Shown here piece by piece: positions 18,518 to 19,862 of a stretch of 19,862 bases of DNA. The stretch is from a bacterium (GTDB lineage: Bacteria; Eisenbacteria; RBG-16-71-46). The notes beneath the pieces are model-generated. The model ran no database searches and had not been told where the DNA came from. It was given only the letters and a program-made list of their open reading frames with translations. Where the stretch lies: assembly GCA_043779265.1 (NCBI GenBank), contig JAYWEM010000122.1:1-19862 (forward strand), read 5' to 3'. Each line of letters opens with the position of its first letter. Position 1 is the first letter of the stretch. The translations under genes and the position numbers were made by a program.

Positions 18518-19862
18518 TGCGCATCAACTTCTCGGGGCCTCGGCCCTCGGCGGGAGGCGGCGGCTCGTTCGGCCCGCTCGCCATCGTGTTCGGCGTGCTG
18601 CGCTTGTTCGGTGCGGTGATCGGCGCCGTGGTCGTGGCGATCATGGCGCTCGTCGCCGTGGTCGGAGCGCTGATCTTCCTGCGCGGGCGTGGCATCCGCT
18701 TCGGCAGGATGGGCGGCCGCGGTGCCGCGAAACGACCCGCTTCCTCGCCGGCCGAGCCGCCGTCTTCAGGCGGCCCAGCCGGCGGTGCGCGAAGCGACTC
18801 CGCACCCGAGCGATCGTACGCCGAAATCGTCGAAGCGTGGCCGCTCGCGATCGGGCCGTTGCTCGCACTCGCACTGCTCGGGTCGCCGCTTCATGCCAAG
18901 ACACTCATCCCGATGGACGAGTCCCAGACCGACCACCTGCGCGCCTATGGGCTCACCTACTGGGCGCTCCAACAGGGCATGAAGAGCGAGTGGCTGCTCA
19001 ACTACCGCGGCGGCTCGTTCCTGCTGCCCGATGACGTGTCGCTGCTGCGTGAGGCGGCCATCCGTGGTGTGTCGCTCGAGAACGTCGGCGGCGCCGATGA
19101 GGCCTCGATCCGCGCCACCATCGCCGACTCCAACATGGAGGCCGTGGCATTGGAGAAGGCGCCTCGCGTCGCCGTCTACATCCCGCCCAACGCACCGCCC
19201 TGGGACGATGCCGTGACGCTGGCGCTCGAGTACGCGGACATCGAGTACGCCCGAGTGTGGGATGAGGAGGTGCTGCGCGGCGACCTCGCCAAGTACGACT
19301 GGCTGCACCTGCACCATGAGGACTTCACCGGGCAGCACGGCAAGTTCTGGGCCGCCTATCACACGTTCCCCTGGTACCAGGAGGAGGAGCGCGTGCAGCG
19401 GGCGATGGCGAGCAAGCTCGGCTTCGCCAAGGTCTCGCAGATGAAGGGCGCCGTCGCCACCGTGCTCAAGGACTACATCGGTCGAGGCGGGTTCCTGTTC
19501 GCGATGTGCTCGGCGACCGACACCTACGACATCGCGCTCGCCGCCGAGGGGTTGGACATCGCCGATGTCGTCTACGACGGCGACCCGCCTCAGTACGACG
19601 CTCCGAGCCGGCTCGACTTCTCGCGCACGCTCGCTTTCAAGGACTTCCGGCTCGAGATGGATCCGGTGCTCTATCGCTTCTCCGACATCGATGTGACGCA
19701 GGAGGCCTCGATGCGCGGCCCCGACCAGGTGTTCACACTGTTCGACTTCAGCGCCAAGCAGGACCCGGTGCCCACCATGCTGGTGCAGAACCATGTCGGC
19801 GCGGTCGCCGAGTTCCTCGGCCAGTCGACCGGCTTCCGTCGCTCCAAGCTCAAGCCCGGCGT
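18514..19862 (+). CDS. Class I glutamine-amidotransferase-like protein of the family often annotated 'asparagine synthetase B', with an N-terminal membrane extension (partial; runs off right edge)
   Basis: Not in the ORF track; hand-translated from ATG 18514 (ATGA overlap, AAGGAG upstream) and open to the window end. Motifs LIPMDESQTDHLRAYG, WLLNYRGGSF, PWDDAVTLALEYADIEY, YDWLHLHHEDFTGQHGKF and GGFLFAMCSATDTYDIALAA. It lacks the N-terminal Cys of a true AsnB. Confidence 0.85.
   Translation, partial: MMRINFSGPRPSAGGGGSFGPLAIVFGVLRLFGAVIGAVVVAIMALVAVVGALIFLRGRGIRFGRMGGRGAAKRPASSPAEPPSSGGPAGGARSDSAPERSYAEIVEAWPLAIGPLLALALLGSPLHAKTLIPMDESQTDHLRAYGLTYWALQQGMKSEWLLNYRGGSFLLPDDVSLLREAAIRGVSLENVGGADEASIRATIADSNMEAVALEKAPRVAVYIPPNAPPWDDAVTLALEYADIEYARVWDEEVLRGDLAKYDWLHLHHEDFTGQHGKFWAAYHTFPWYQEEERVQRAMASKLGFAKVSQMKGAVATVLKDYIGRGGFLFAMCSATDTYDIALAAEGLDIADVVYDGDPPQYDAPSRLDFSRTLAFKDFRLEMDPVLYRFSDIDVTQEASMRGPDQVFTLFDFSAKQDPVPTMLVQNHVGAVAEFLGQSTGFRRSKLKPG

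Noticed and set aside
18898..19862. Calling the last gene asnB
   Set aside because: It has no N-terminal Ntn cysteine or SGGLDS motif in the visible part and appears to be exported. The usual annotation of this family looks like a misnomer.

Overview
High-GC bacterial chromosomal window with diderm hallmarks (a beta-barrel outer-membrane protein, a lipoprotein and several signal-peptide proteins). I found no mobile-element genes, tRNA/rRNA or CRISPR array. From left to right: (1) a three-gene chemosensory-like operon on the minus strand. It encodes an MCP-like receptor, a CheA/ChpA-like hybrid and a REC-GAF protein that runs off the left edge, and key signalling residues appear degenerate in all three. 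(2) A divergent hypothetical gene preceded by a good sigma-54 promoter match. (3) A minus-strand unit: OMP beta-barrel, guaB (IMPDH with an unusual GPGAICTT loop) and a hypothetical gene. (4) A ~340-bp spacer between two mirror-image TTGACA-N18 promoters, containing a 20-bp inverted repeat and a G-quadruplex motif. (5) secD, secF and an FN3-like lipoprotein, ending in an intrinsic terminator. (6) An envelope cluster of DUF4159, a 1128-aa DUF4175-like coiled-coil protein, a TPR protein and a membrane-anchored member of the family usually mislabelled 'asparagine synthetase B' (runs off the right edge). Two real CDSs (1-1085 minus and 18514-19862 plus) are missing from the supplied ORF track because they cross the window edges; I translated them by hand. 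All family assignments come from motif recognition by eye, not from database searches.
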